From contig DATFEP010000062.1 of assembly GCA_035250975.1 (NCBI GenBank), positions 1 through 58,277 on the forward strand: DNA of 58,277 nt. The letters are read 5' to 3'. A program made the translations under genes and the position numbers. Shown here piece after piece: positions 1 to 11,251 of this stretch (positions are counted from its first letter, which is position 1; every line of letters begins with the position of its first letter). The notes under the pieces are model-generated. The model had not been told where the DNA came from and ran no database searches. It saw only the letters and a program-made list of their open reading frames with translations. The stretch is from Nitrososphaeraceae archaeon. Its GTDB lineage: Archaea; Thermoproteota; Nitrososphaeria; Nitrososphaerales; Nitrososphaeraceae.

Positions 1-7
1 TGTATTT

Positions 8-988
8 ATGAAAAAGGAAGATCTAATAGAAAAAACTAGCTTTATAATACTTTTTTCGTTTTTTCTGTTAATAGTAGTAGTTACCACTTATTTTATAAAT
101 GAGAATTTGGTATTTTCACAACAGAATAAATATAAAGATCCAAAATCTGTAAACCAAGAAAATGCTGCTGGTCTTCATAAAGTGGAAATAAAACATCAGC
201 AAGCAAATTTTAGTAATTTCGATATATTTGGAATAAAAGAAATCTATCCTACTAAAAAAAATGGTTTTGAATGGTTTATGAATAATTATGATCCAGAATC
301 AGATCCATACTTGCATAATTATAAGAGTATTGTAAGAAATGATGAGGATGATGGTAGTTATAGCATAGGTGAAAGATCTAGAATGGGAGTATATTCCAAA
401 GACGGAATAGGTTATCCAAAAGGAAATATGGAAACTTATAACTTTACAGAGCTCTCAAAAAAAGGCTATTGGTATAAACCTACAGATTGGAAGAATGTAG
501 AAATTACTGGAGAGTATTTATATAAAATAGGCGAAGGTCCAGGTATAACACATTACGCTAGATCCGAGGACCATTCTCTCATAAATAATGGATGTGGTGG
601 ATCAAGCTATAAGCTTAAAATCCATTTCGATGGAACAAGTAGTATAAGCAAAGAACAAACACATCCAAAACCATGGAAAATACAGATGAATAAAAGTTCG
701 TTTGGTAAACTTGACAAAGATTGGTTTAGATTTAAAGGTATTATGTATAATCTTCCTGACGGTACTGTAAAGCTCGAAAACTGGTTGGATCCTTTTTTAA
801 ATAACACTTGGATAAAAATTGCAGAATACCACGATAAAGGAGGATGGGGTAAAGATGGTAATAAATGTCAAGGCAAAGAAGATCAAATAATTACATGGGG
901 TTCTCCCACTGCAACTTTTAGATGGGATGATGTCTTGGTTGATTTTAGAAATTTGAGTGTAAGAGAAATACAGCCGCCCATAATTTAA
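8..988 (+). CDS. Membrane-anchored/secreted hypothetical protein, Trp/Gly-rich, probably beta-rich
   Basis: 326 aa ORF; N-terminal hydrophobic helix (FIILFSFFLLIVVVTTYFI) then a soluble domain with many Trp and two Cys; family not confidently named. Confidence 0.75.
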   Translation: MKKEDLIEKTSFIILFSFFLLIVVVTTYFINENLVFSQQNKYKDPKSVNQENAAGLHKVEIKHQQANFSNFDIFGIKEIYPTKKNGFEWFMNNYDPESDPYLHNYKSIVRNDEDDGSYSIGERSRMGVYSKDGIGYPKGNMETYNFTELSKKGYWYKPTDWKNVEITGEYLYKIGEGPGITHYARSEDHSLINNGCGGSSYKLKIHFDGTSSISKEQTHPKPWKIQMNKSSFGKLDKDWFRFKGIMYNLPDGTVKLENWLDPFLNNTWIKIAEYHDKGGWGKDGNKCQGKEDQIITWGSPTATFRWDDVLVDFRNLSVREIQPPII

Positions 989-2134
989 GACTTGATTCCT
1001 AGAGTTAAAAGTAATAACAATAATATTTTTTTTCACTTTGTAGAGTGTATCAACACGACACACTAAAAGCCAAATTCAATTTTTATAAAATACTGAGCCT
1101 GATAAAAAAGACCAACTCATTTTACTATAATAAACTCTAATTTCCTTAATCTTTTTATATTCCTTCTTCTTAGCACTTAAGAATTTTTACGTTGCTTTCC
1201 CAGGCATTAAGTGTAATTCAATACCCCGCAACAAGTAGTATGCAGTTAATAGGATTTACCTTAAAACTTATCTTCTGGCAGTCGTATCGATACAATTTCA
1301 AATTTATTTTTTTTATATTTTTCGATCTATTTGTAATTTATAAAGATTAATTTATAGTATACTCTGACCATTATGAGGTAGTTATTATTACTTTATACCT
1401 GGTTTAATATAATCTTAATTATATTGTAGAGATTTTTATCATATCGATATAAAATACAGAAGAGAGATGTATTTCTATTTATCTGTTGCACTAAGATAAC
1501 AATATAATTTAATTACACAGTTATTCAAAAAAAATTTGATTTGTGATTTAATGCTGTATGTGTGACCAATGATTTATATTATTTAAACATGCGTAAGGAA
1601 AACTTTATCTTCATGTACTATATTTTCTCTTAATCACTGGTAAATTTGGACAAATTGTTTAACTTACAACCCCAGTAGAACAAGATTCAATTTTGTAAGC
1701 AGATGTTATAAAGAATATGACCAGATTGAATGATCTGATTTTGGCTACGAACATGTATAGTTTTTACTAAAATTATAGATAAAATTTGGTATCTAAATAA
1801 CTGTAAATGTAAAATAATCCATATAGTTTATCCATAAACATGTTAGTATTTTTAAACAGATATAATTTAGATAAATATTTCAGAGCATTATTGGATATTT
1901 ATAATTATTGATAAATGAGAACAAGAAATCTTCACGATTTTCCTTTCTATAAGTAGATAATAAATTCCGAAGCTAATGAGGAAAAATTTAATTTAATTCA
2001 TTAATAAAGTAGCCACTTTCATAAATCGAGTGTATATGCTAGTATATGATTCAATGGTAATAAAAGATAACAATAATAAAATAAAATTACATTCAAATTT
2101 GACAAGTGATTTGAAGGACCACAAAATATAAAAT

Positions 2135-2557
2135 CTAAGAATATAATGATACAATAGGTTTTTTTGATTTCTTGCTTGGAACAAGAGAATATACTTCTTT
2201 GGCAGAAAACTTCCATACCTTTGCAGGTTTGGCATCAATACCAAATTCCTTAAGTTTAGCTCCAGCTTTAGAAAATAACTGTGGGTCTGTCACCTCCTCT
2301 ACTTTTCCCTTTAGTTGATATCCCCCTAGATTGTCGATATCTAATATTGCGACTGCCACTATGGGACATGATATTATATTGTTGAATGTCTTATTTCCGA
2401 ATGCATCGGCAAAAAGTAAATCATTACCTTCTAGTATACCTAGAACAAATCTCGGAGAAATGTTTGGTATACATTTTGAATCAACAGTTGCTATCCAAAC
2501 CAAATTTCCCTGCTTTACTATTAATCGTATTATTTCTTCGTTGACTAAATACAACAA
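2135..2557 (-). CDS. Pyridoxamine 5'-phosphate oxidase-like FMN/F420-binding split-barrel protein
   Basis: WIATVDSKCIPNISPR, KTFNNI...P.VAV, GYQLKGK pattern. Confidence 0.8.
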   Translation of the reverse strand: MLYLVNEEIIRLIVKQGNLVWIATVDSKCIPNISPRFVLGILEGNDLLFADAFGNKTFNNIISCPIVAVAILDIDNLGGYQLKGKVEEVTDPQLFSKAGAKLKEFGIDAKPAKVWKFSAKEVYSLVPSKKSKKPIVSLYS

Positions 2558-2755
2558 GACACATAATGGGGAGGATATAGTTAAAAGTTATGTAGTCATA
2601 TAATTCATTCTTATCATTGATTAGTTTTTATTAAAATAATCATGAATACTTAGTTTGTAATTATGAAATTTTTATCTTAATAATTCAAAAAATAACCAAT
2701 AGACTAGAATAAGATTTAATCAATTTGTATATGATGATGTTAAAGCTTGACCATA

Positions 2756-3205
2756 TCAAACTTCTTTCGTATTAACTACAATATCTTTCATCCGGTCAGA
2801 ATAGTCGTAAGAAAATATAGATAGTGGTGTGATTTCGATTGCCATTTCATTTTCATTTCTTCTCAACAAAAAATTAGCTAAAGACGATTTTTCATCTCTC
2901 AGATATTTTTTGATGAGCATGGAGAGGATTTCAACTCCTCTGACTTTGTCTAATTTTGCATATCCCCATCCCCTTACCCCACGATATGGAGGTAGATCAC
3001 CAGCCACTTCAAAGCCGCATTTTGGATTTCCAGACAAATACTCTATGATCTTGGCATTTTTTTGAGTAGCACAAAAGATTTTCTCTTCTAGATATACATA
3101 CCATAAGGATACTGTTATTGGCCATCCTTCAACATTAATACAAGCAAGTCTTATTGGAATACAAGAATCCATTAGATATTCTTGTAGGTTCATATTTCTC
3201 TTCAT
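2756..3205 (-). CDS. Pyridoxamine 5'-phosphate oxidase-like split-barrel protein
   Basis: RLAC..GWP...SLWY, KIIEYLSGNPKCGFEV, PYRGVRG.G.A. Confidence 0.8.
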   Translation of the reverse strand: MKRNMNLQEYLMDSCIPIRLACINVEGWPITVSLWYVYLEEKIFCATQKNAKIIEYLSGNPKCGFEVAGDLPPYRGVRGWGYAKLDKVRGVEILSMLIKKYLRDEKSSLANFLLRRNENEMAIEITPLSIFSYDYSDRMKDIVVNTKEV

Positions 3206-3920
3206 TCACCTTGTCTTTCATATTTCTAGTGTACTGTAAGAGAAAAACATATCTGTTCATAGATTCCTTAATTACTATTATAAATTACTAGTTACAAATT
3301 ATTATGATCTCTCCCACCAATGGGATGAAGAAATATTGGATTATGGACAATGATTAGACCATAATATTTAGAACTAGCAATTAACCTGTCTCTACATTGA
3401 TAATGAATTAAATCTAATAAATCACATATAACACAATGAAAAGTCTAAACTGTAAATAATACTATTAAATCTACCTTGGGTTAAATTGGATATCTTTCTC
3501 AGCCTAATTTTATATCAAGAATTCAGTTACTTAAGCTCTAGTATAGAAATTATTCTCAAATACTATCACTACCTGCAATAGATAATAGAGAATGATGAAA
3601 GTAATTGCATGACTCATGTGTATTACATTTGAGACTAAAATACTGGAATTTCAATTGTACAAAATTATAAAATGTGAAAAACATCCTAATAGTTTTTGAT
3701 ATAATCCAAAATTTTGTTTACCAATTTCCCTTGTAAAGCATTGTACTTTATTCAGTATCTAACACATTCATTTACTGAAATCAGCAATCATTTTTATAGG
3801 CTCGATCATGATGCTGCCGTCATGATTATTTAATCTTACTTTACAAAGTGCAGTTATCGTGATTATATGAAATACAAATTAGAAGTAAAGGATCAACTGA
3901 ATGTAATTATCCAAGTGGTT

Positions 3921-4913
3921 TTATTGTAAACTCACTGCTGGAATTACCTTGTCTGATAATAAATCTATCAGTTTATATCTAGATGGGCTTGAATTTGTTA
4001 GAACTATTTCTGTAAATCCAAGATCCTTGTATTGTTTTATTTTTTTGATTGCCTCTTCTGCGTCAGATATCACAAAAAAATTCTTTTCTAGGCTGTCGTC
4101 TTGAATTACTCGACAGTTTTCCTCGATTTTTCTAGGATCATGAATATCTAACTCGAAAAATGCTTTGATAAGAACACCTCTCCAAAATCGCAGAGACTCT
4201 AGTGCTTTATTTCTATCTTCATCATAAGAGGTATGCATAAACAATATCCTACTAAATTTCTCATAATCTTTCCCAGATTTTTTTAATCCTTTTTGTATTG
4301 CGGGAATTAAATGATTTTTTAGAATTTCACGATCCGCCAAAGTAGTTATAAAGCCATCGCCTTCTTCCCCAGCAAGTTGGGCCGAATGAGGACCATTGCC
4401 TGCAATATATATAGGGATATCTCCTTTGGGCTTTGTATACAGATTAGAGTCTTTTACCCAATAATATTCACCATTAAATGTTACCCAGTCTTCTTTCCAT
4501 AATTTTTTGATAAGTTTTATGGCTTCCTTCAATCGTTTATGTCTCTCCTGATTTGATGGCCACGGATTACCTGATGTGATTTCATTTAATGCTTCTCCTT
4601 TTCCCAAACCCAAAAATACTCTATTTGGAAACATGGAACTTAGCGTTGAAAATACCTGTGCAACAATTGCAGGGTGATATCTTAGGATAGGTGCAGTCAC
4701 TCCTGTTCCTATAGAGATATTACGCGTTTTGGCTAATGCAGCCCCAATCCATGGCCATGCAGCACCCCCTGAAGCACCGCTATGCCACCATGGCATATAA
4801 TGGTCACTTGTCCAACATCGTGGTATACCTTTGTTATCCATATACGTTACATGATCTAGTAAATCTGAAGGACTATTTTGTTCATGTGCTGCTTGAACGC
4901 TGATTTTAACCAT
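3921..4913 (-). CDS. LLM-class (luciferase-like) oxidoreductase, F420-dependent G6PDH-like family
   Basis: AHEQ, SDHYMPW, GTGVTAPILRYHPAIVAQ, LGLGKGEALNE; start moved to MVKISVQ (ORF track starts at 4961). Confidence 0.88.
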   Translation of the reverse strand: MVKISVQAAHEQNSPSDLLDHVTYMDNKGIPRCWTSDHYMPWWHSGASGGAAWPWIGAALAKTRNISIGTGVTAPILRYHPAIVAQVFSTLSSMFPNRVFLGLGKGEALNEITSGNPWPSNQERHKRLKEAIKLIKKLWKEDWVTFNGEYYWVKDSNLYTKPKGDIPIYIAGNGPHSAQLAGEEGDGFITTLADREILKNHLIPAIQKGLKKSGKDYEKFSRILFMHTSYDEDRNKALESLRFWRGVLIKAFFELDIHDPRKIEENCRVIQDDSLEKNFFVISDAEEAIKKIKQYKDLGFTEIVLTNSSPSRYKLIDLLSDKVIPAVSLQ

Positions 4914-5169
4914 TTGATTATGCCTGTATAAGATCACAACTAAATAATAACTTAAAGTCAAGGATGCCTTGCTTGTATTTTTTAATATTTTACTAAATTT
5001 TTATATTATCGCTTTTGAAGAAATAAAGAAATCGTTAATACAAGATCAATAGTAGAGGAAGAATTTAACTATAATCTTTGTCTATTAAGTGAGATATACA
5101 ATTCTCCAGTATTATTTTATGAAATTTTTAATAGAAAAATTAAATAACTAAAAGATCTTACTATAAAAC

Positions 5170-5427
5170 ATGAAATACAGAAGTAGAACAGAAATAGTGG
5201 GAATGATTCTCGATGCAGCTAACGGAGGAACAACGAAGACAAAAATTATGTATAAAGCTTTTTTAAGTTATGCACAATTAAAAGAATACCTTTCGGTTTT
5301 GATTGAAAATAAGCTTTTAGACTATATTGATGGAACACAGACATACAAGACAACAGAAAAGGGATTGAATTTTCTAAAGATGCATAATGAGATTGGCGAT
5401 CTATTGCGAATTCCTACAAGGTTATAG
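5170..5427 (+). CDS. Small winged-helix DNA-binding protein (archaeal HTH)
   Basis: YRSRTEIV..IL...TKTKIMYKAFLSYAQLKEYL...YKTTEKG. Confidence 0.85.
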   Translation: MKYRSRTEIVGMILDAANGGTTKTKIMYKAFLSYAQLKEYLSVLIENKLLDYIDGTQTYKTTEKGLNFLKMHNEIGDLLRIPTRL

Positions 5428-5764
5428 TAATTAATTACAGTTTACTCTTTTCTTTTTATAAATAATCTAACAGTATATTTTAAACATAAATAGAAACAAA
5501 TGATATTATAGTATTATCTAAAATAAATGACATTATAGTTAAGTATTATCTATTTTTTAATATTTCTTGATGTGTTTTTTATCGTGACAATCATACTAAT
5601 AAGCAATATATCTGAAATTTTATAATTCATTAAAAAATGACAATTTTATCAAGATAGAATTTGCTTAGAAATCCAGTTTTTTAGAAGTATTTTAGAATAA
5701 AATAATATTGCAAGTCATTTATAACAATGTATAGCTTTTAGTATATACTAATTTAGTTATAAGA

Positions 5765-6864
5765 AAACCTGTTAATATTTACAATCACAATTATTGTCAT
5801 CACTGTATTATTGTCTTCCTTAAGCATCTCCTTATTTTTAGAGCAAGAAATAAGCTGAGGTTGCAGACGATACTTATTATTATCATGAAGATGATTATGT
5901 AAAAGACTATGAAGATGAATACTTTGACAAAAATCAAGTAAAAATTAATGAAATAAATAAAATGATAGTCCATAATAATGAAATCATTGCAAAACAAGAT
6001 TTAGACAAAGAGGATTTTCCTGATGGTTTTTCAAACCGTCAATCAAAGATAATTGATATAGCTTTTGTTTAGCCTAGTTTTACTATGGCTGCATATGATG
6101 ATTCTTTTTATAATTTCTTTCGATCTCATTCTGATATACAAGTGGCACAATATATATCTGCAGATATTCATCTTTTGTCCTCTCAAGTTCCGTCAGGAAT
6201 AGACGCTATGAATAATTACAAATCCATAGCATTACACAAGATCAGAGATCATCTTTCTTTTCTTCTTCCATCGTCGAATTTTAATTAGCTAGACGATAAA
6301 ATTGTCGATGAAGGATTAATCTTTGAAGCGAATGGTGCAAATATCTATGACATTATCATTCTAGTCTATCAGGAATATGTTACTCAAGAAGAATATCGTA
6401 ATTTTAAAAAATTTGTAGAAAACGAGGAATAATGATCCTTTTACACTCAAACATTTTATGCAGAAGTTGATTACGATAATATTAATAATCAAATTAATCT
6501 AGTGAAAGGACATTATGGGGCCTTCTATGGACAAAAAGCATGGAGAGATATTAAAGAAAGATGGCACAAGAGACTACAGAATGGGTAGGGAGTAATTTTG
6601 CCTGTTCTAGTTGTACGGTTACTTTCCATAATAATCCATTTTTCCATTTTCATATACTCATCATGAAGAAAATTATGTCACAAATCCGAATGTTAGGATA
6701 TTGATCGATTATCAAGCTAAATCAGATTTTGATTATTTTATAGCAGCTTATGAGTTAGAATATGGTCAAGGAAAGGTAATTAGTCTTAGGATATTCTTGA
6801 GGATATAGTAACGAATCGCAGTTTCTTGAATTTTTTTGACAATATAATACTGTCTAATATGTAG
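5765..6864 (+). pseudogene. Decayed secreted protein resembling the N,N-dimethylformamidase beta-subunit-like proteins of Nitrososphaeraceae
   Basis: Fragments across frames: signal-like LLIFTITIIVITVLLSSL; DIAFV*PSFTMAAYDDSFYNFF; YDIIILVYQEYVTQEEYRNFKKFVEN; YAEVDYD; IAAYELEYGQGKVISL; FLNFFDNIILSNM*. Several stops and frameshifts; start approximate. Confidence 0.65.
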
Positions 6865-7057
6865 GATTACAGTCATAAAATTAATATTTTAATGAAAGTA
6901 TTATAGGATTGAAATATTCACTAAATACTATACCACTCTACCATATTTTTTTATCAACTATAAGAAGCTTGAAATTGAGATTAATTTCATTTACATTATT
7001 GTTCGGACCTTCACTCTAGGACCAAGACTTTTTATGATAACAATGTGGAAGAAAAAT

Positions 7058-7354
7058 TTATTTTTTGTCTTTCCTTTCTATCAATTCTTTAAAAAAATGA
7101 ATTAATCTGCCATCAAATCCATAATTATAAGTTAACAAGTCTTTAATTTTCTCTATACAATCTAAACATACGTTGTAATATTTTCCTGCCTCATAGTTAT
7201 CAATATCTTGTTTAATGTCACCTGGAATCATTTTGGTTTTAGTACTAGTTACAGTAAGATATTCTGCCGTTTTAATTTCATTATTACAAACATCGCAATT
7301 ATTGTCTTGTTCTTCTGTTACTACATCTTTTGTAGTTGAAATATCTTCAATCAT
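7058..7354 (-). CDS. Hypothetical protein with CxxC...CxxC (putative Zn-binding)
   Basis: CDVC and CLDC motifs, 98 aa. Confidence 0.65.
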   Translation of the reverse strand: MIEDISTTKDVVTEEQDNNCDVCNNEIKTAEYLTVTSTKTKMIPGDIKQDIDNYEAGKYYNVCLDCIEKIKDLLTYNYGFDGRLIHFFKELIERKDKK

Positions 7355-7778
7355 ATTTGATTGTTAGGTATAACGATCCCAAAAAGTTTTTCTTTTATTT
7401 TTAGTCACTTCAATTCATTGTTTCGATTAACATTGCTTTTTAATCTGAAGAATCGGTCTATTTGCGATCCACTAAACTGGAGATTAAATTGCCTGTTATT
7501 TTGGATGAAATTGTGTTTTTAATTGTAGTTTTGTAAAAATAGATGAAAAATCTATTTCAATTGTATCTTTGTTATAGAAAATAATCCGTTTTGTTCTTTT
7601 TACAGATATACTATGCATAAGATTTTCTGTTCTGTTGAAATACAGCATTATATCTAAATGAGGTTCATACCTAAAATAACTTAATCTAAGGTTTAGATGT
7701 AAAAAAGTATAATCGTATGGATGTAGGTATTAACAAAAATGATAATATCCTTATTAGGTTTGATAACCCTTTAAATTC

Positions 7779-8381
7779 ATGACTCAAGAATTCGAATCAA
7801 TAAAAAAAAGAGAATCCCGATACAATATAAATCCAATATTTGTAAATAGATGGTCTCCACGATCAATGACAGGAGATGAAATTTCTCACCATGATCTTAT
7901 GGGACTATTTGAAGCTGCACGATGGGCTCCTTCCTCATACAATAATCAACCATGGAGATTTATTTACGCGAAGAGAAATACTGAAAACTGGGATAGGATT
8001 TATTCTCTAATGGTGGAAGGAAATAAAATTTGGGCTAAAAATGCTTCTGTGTTAGTTGTTGTCGTTTCAAGAAAAGATTTTGAATATAACGAAAAACCTG
8101 CCAGGACCTATCAATTCGATGCTGGTGCTGCATGGGAAAATCTAGCTTTAGAAGCTATATCACGTGGCTTAGCTACTCATGCAATGCAAGGATTTGATTA
8201 CGATAAAGCAAAAGTAGATTTAGAAATTCCCGAAAATTTTGATGTTATGGCAATGATTGCAATTGGAAAAAGAGGTCAAAAAGAAAGTCTTACACCCAAT
8301 CTTCAGAAAAATGAATATCCAACTGATAGAAAACCATTGGAAGAAATAGTGATGGAAGGTAGATTCACAACAAAGAAGTAG
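7779..8381 (+). CDS. Nitroreductase family protein
   Basis: RWSPRS, EAARWAPSSYNNQPWRF, FDAGAAWENLALEA, HAMQGFD. Confidence 0.92.
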   Translation: MTQEFESIKKRESRYNINPIFVNRWSPRSMTGDEISHHDLMGLFEAARWAPSSYNNQPWRFIYAKRNTENWDRIYSLMVEGNKIWAKNASVLVVVVSRKDFEYNEKPARTYQFDAGAAWENLALEAISRGLATHAMQGFDYDKAKVDLEIPENFDVMAMIAIGKRGQKESLTPNLQKNEYPTDRKPLEEIVMEGRFTTKK

Positions 8382-8937
8382 AACTAGCATAAAATAGCTG
8401 CCTCATTTTTCTTTTGAGAATTCATATTATAATTATAGCAATAAAAAATTTTACAAATATAAAGTTAGAATATCTTTAAAATAAATACTTTCAAATTTAG
8501 CGAAATTGATATTGAAAAATATATCATGTGTCTAATCCAATAGTCCCATATGATCATACATAAAGTCTCATGTCTTCTCCAATTGATAATGTGTATTAAA
8601 GTGTAGATTAAGAGAATTAAATTAGTATTTTATGAGAAGCAGCGTTCTACGGTCAAGAGGAAACAATATTATTTGAAAATATATGTTGTATTTCCTATGA
8701 GAAAACTATGAAATATGACACAGAGAAATAAATAGATATTGTTTCAAATTTTGATTTAAACAGAAAATCTTTCTTGGATTTTGTTTGTGTTGGGAATTCT
8801 AAATTTTCTCATATTATGCTATCGTCGTCAATTTATATTCTTAATAAAAGATATTAATTTTAATTTTATAGCTTCTTCGGGCTAGATTTCTTGTACTGGA
8901 GATATTGATACCTGTTGAACAATTCAGACGTAAAATC

Positions 8938-9946
8938 TGCTGTGTTGCACAACTCACTACTGCTAACACATTTAGCTAACCTATTATAGTCATATCATGT
9001 GAGAAATTGGAAGAATTACAATGAATCTCTGGTAAAGAGAGGAGAAATCCTACTTGATTTTGATGTTATTGATAAATGGGATTCTGAATTAGAAGAGATG
9101 AATAAAGGTAAGGAAGGTAGAAAATTTGTTTATCCAGATTCCTTTATCAAATTACTTGGGTACATGAGAGCATACTTTCATTTACCATATAGACAGACTG
9201 AAGGCGTAGTACGAGAACATGCTTCAAATACATCATTACCATCAATTCCTCATTATAGTAACATTAGTAGAAGAATAAACAGACTGGCTCTCATTTTCAA
9301 TGATGACAAATCTAATTTACATGGTGATAATTTTGTAATTGCAATTGATGCTACTGGTTTTAAAGTTACAAACAGAGATGAATGGATTAGACACAAGTGG
9401 AATGTAAAGAGAGGTTATCTAAAGATACATGTTGCTGTAGATATCAAACGAAAGAGAATTTTATCATTAATAGTAACCAGTGAATAAGTACATGATGGAA
9501 AAGTATTACCTGAACTGATAGAGGATATAACAATAAAACAGAATAAGGAAATAGATATTACTATTGCAGATGGCTCCTATGATAACAACAAGATATTCCA
9601 ATTTCTTTCATTCAACAATATCAAGCCAGCAATAAAGCTAAGAAAGAATTCCAGATATAGGAAAATAAATCATTACCTTAGAAACAAGACTGTAAAGATG
9701 CAGAGGACAGATCTTGTTAAATGGAAAGATAGCGTAAGCTATGGACAGAGATGGATTGTGGAAACTGTCTTCTCATGTATTAAGAGAATGTTTGGAGAAT
9801 ATGTTACTGCTATTAGATTGGAGAACATGGTAAAAGAGATGATACTGAAAGCATCGTTATATAATTGGTTTCAGAGAATAACTGTTACATAATTATAGAT
9901 TTCAGTAGGTTAGGTTGATTGTCTATATGAGTTGTGCGACAAAGCA
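8938..9946 (+). mobile_element. IS5-family insertion sequence (IS903-group-like), 1009 bp
   Basis: 19-bp terminal IRs TGCTGTGTTGCACAACTCA (8938-8956) and TGAGTTGTGCGACAAAGCA (9928-9946), 17/19 match; flanking direct repeat GTAAAATC at 8930-8937 and 9947-9954. Confidence 0.9.
8999..9892 (+). pseudogene. IS5-family DDE transposase interrupted by one in-frame TAA at 9485-9487
   Basis: NWKNYNESLVKRG, AIDATG, KIHVAVD, then the same frame continues past the stop: VHDGKVL, IADGSYD, YGQRWIVETVFSCIKRMFG. Confidence 0.9.
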
Positions 9947-10311
9947 GTAAAATCTAAAAATTTGCATATTCCTTTAACAGAAAAATGTAGACAACATCGT
10001 GGAGTTACATATTTTCTATCTTTTCCACCTTCTGTATTAATATAAAATTATGATTTTTGGTTATTGGATAGTTCCTTATTTTTTGAAATTTTTATATTTG
10101 TTAGATTGTAGAATTAGTCTAAGACTTTCTAGAATAATTGAGTAAAAATTTAGTTCAAGTATACCTACAAAATCGTTAGTATCGAGTTCCGACCTAAAAA
10201 CCATAAAAGCTAAAGTATTATTTATAATCCAGATATCTGATCTTATGTATAAATCTAAAGATACGTATTAGTATATAAAATAATTATTTGATCTTGTCTA
10301 GAATTTTGTTT

Positions 10312-10956
10312 TTACGGTTTTTTATTTAAGACAATAGTTGTGGTAAGCATTGAAGTGTTGGGAATAAGAACCGTTTTATTATCATTAGTCATTAATTTTG
10401 TTGAAATCAATCCAATATCAAAAATTATACCGGTGTTGTTAAATGCAGTAATTTCTTCTCCAATTTTAAATGGCCTAATTATTGCTAGATATAATCCTGC
10501 AATGATATTTCCTAATATATTCTGGGAAGCGAATCCTACTACTAACGCAGAGATAGTTCCTATCGATGCCGCAATGATAGGATCGTGACTTAAATATGTG
10601 ATTATAATTGCGATTATTATTACTGCACCTAAAATTCTCATGAGAATTCTTATAGAATTAGATGCATCCTTTAAATAATCAATTGTGAGATCACGAAATG
10701 CATTACTAACTACTTCTATAACAAAATAACCTATTAACGCTACTTCGAGAGATTGTAATATCGTAAGATATTCTTTAGATATTATAGGTCTTAAATAATA
10801 ATGGATTGTAAGAGATATCGCTGTGAAGATAATTGCCAAAACAATAATTCTTTTTACGAGTTTTAATTTAGTTTGCCTTATTTTTTGTTGATCATTTTGT
10901 GAATTGTCAATAGTGTTCTTGTCGAAATGTTCATTTTTGTCATCATCGGCATTCAT
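10312..10956 (-). CDS. Small-conductance mechanosensitive channel (MscS family)
   Basis: TM helices then VGFASQNILGNIIAG...RPFKIGEEI...IPN. Confidence 0.88.
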   Translation of the reverse strand: MNADDDKNEHFDKNTIDNSQNDQQKIRQTKLKLVKRIIVLAIIFTAISLTIHYYLRPIISKEYLTILQSLEVALIGYFVIEVVSNAFRDLTIDYLKDASNSIRILMRILGAVIIIAIIITYLSHDPIIAASIGTISALVVGFASQNILGNIIAGLYLAIIRPFKIGEEITAFNNTGIIFDIGLISTKLMTNDNKTVLIPNTSMLTTTIVLNKKP

Positions 10957-11181
10957 ACAAAATAACCTAAAAACAAAGCGAAATAAGTTTGTTGGTCATA
11001 AAAATATTGAGATACAGAAGCTAAAAAATGAATCATAAAGATGTAATATTATATTCTTGTTGTTAGAATAAACTAAGGAATAAAGAATGAGTAATTTCGT
11101 AATTAATAATAGAATAGCACTCTGAATACATGAAAATCTTTGGTAACAATTCCAATTGTATTCAGGCTAAGTTCAAAATTA

Positions 11182-11251
11182 ATACACTCCGCGTGAGAGG
11201 GAGGCTCTAACTGAACTGAACTGAACCGAACCGATATTTGAATGAGTGTAT
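11182..11251. repeat. Short element bounded by inverted repeats, with an internal pentamer tandem
   Basis: ATACACTC (11182-11189) and GAGTGTAT (11244-11251) enclosing CTGAA x3, CCGAA, CCGAT (11211-11235). Confidence 0.5.

Noticed and set aside
9485-9487. Programmed readthrough or recoding in the transposase
   Set aside because: The stop is TAA (not a Sec or Pyl codon) with no recoding signal; simple nonsense mutation is more parsimonious
11211-11235. Tandem repeats as a possible CRISPR
   Set aside because: 5-bp units with no spacers, and no cas genes in the window
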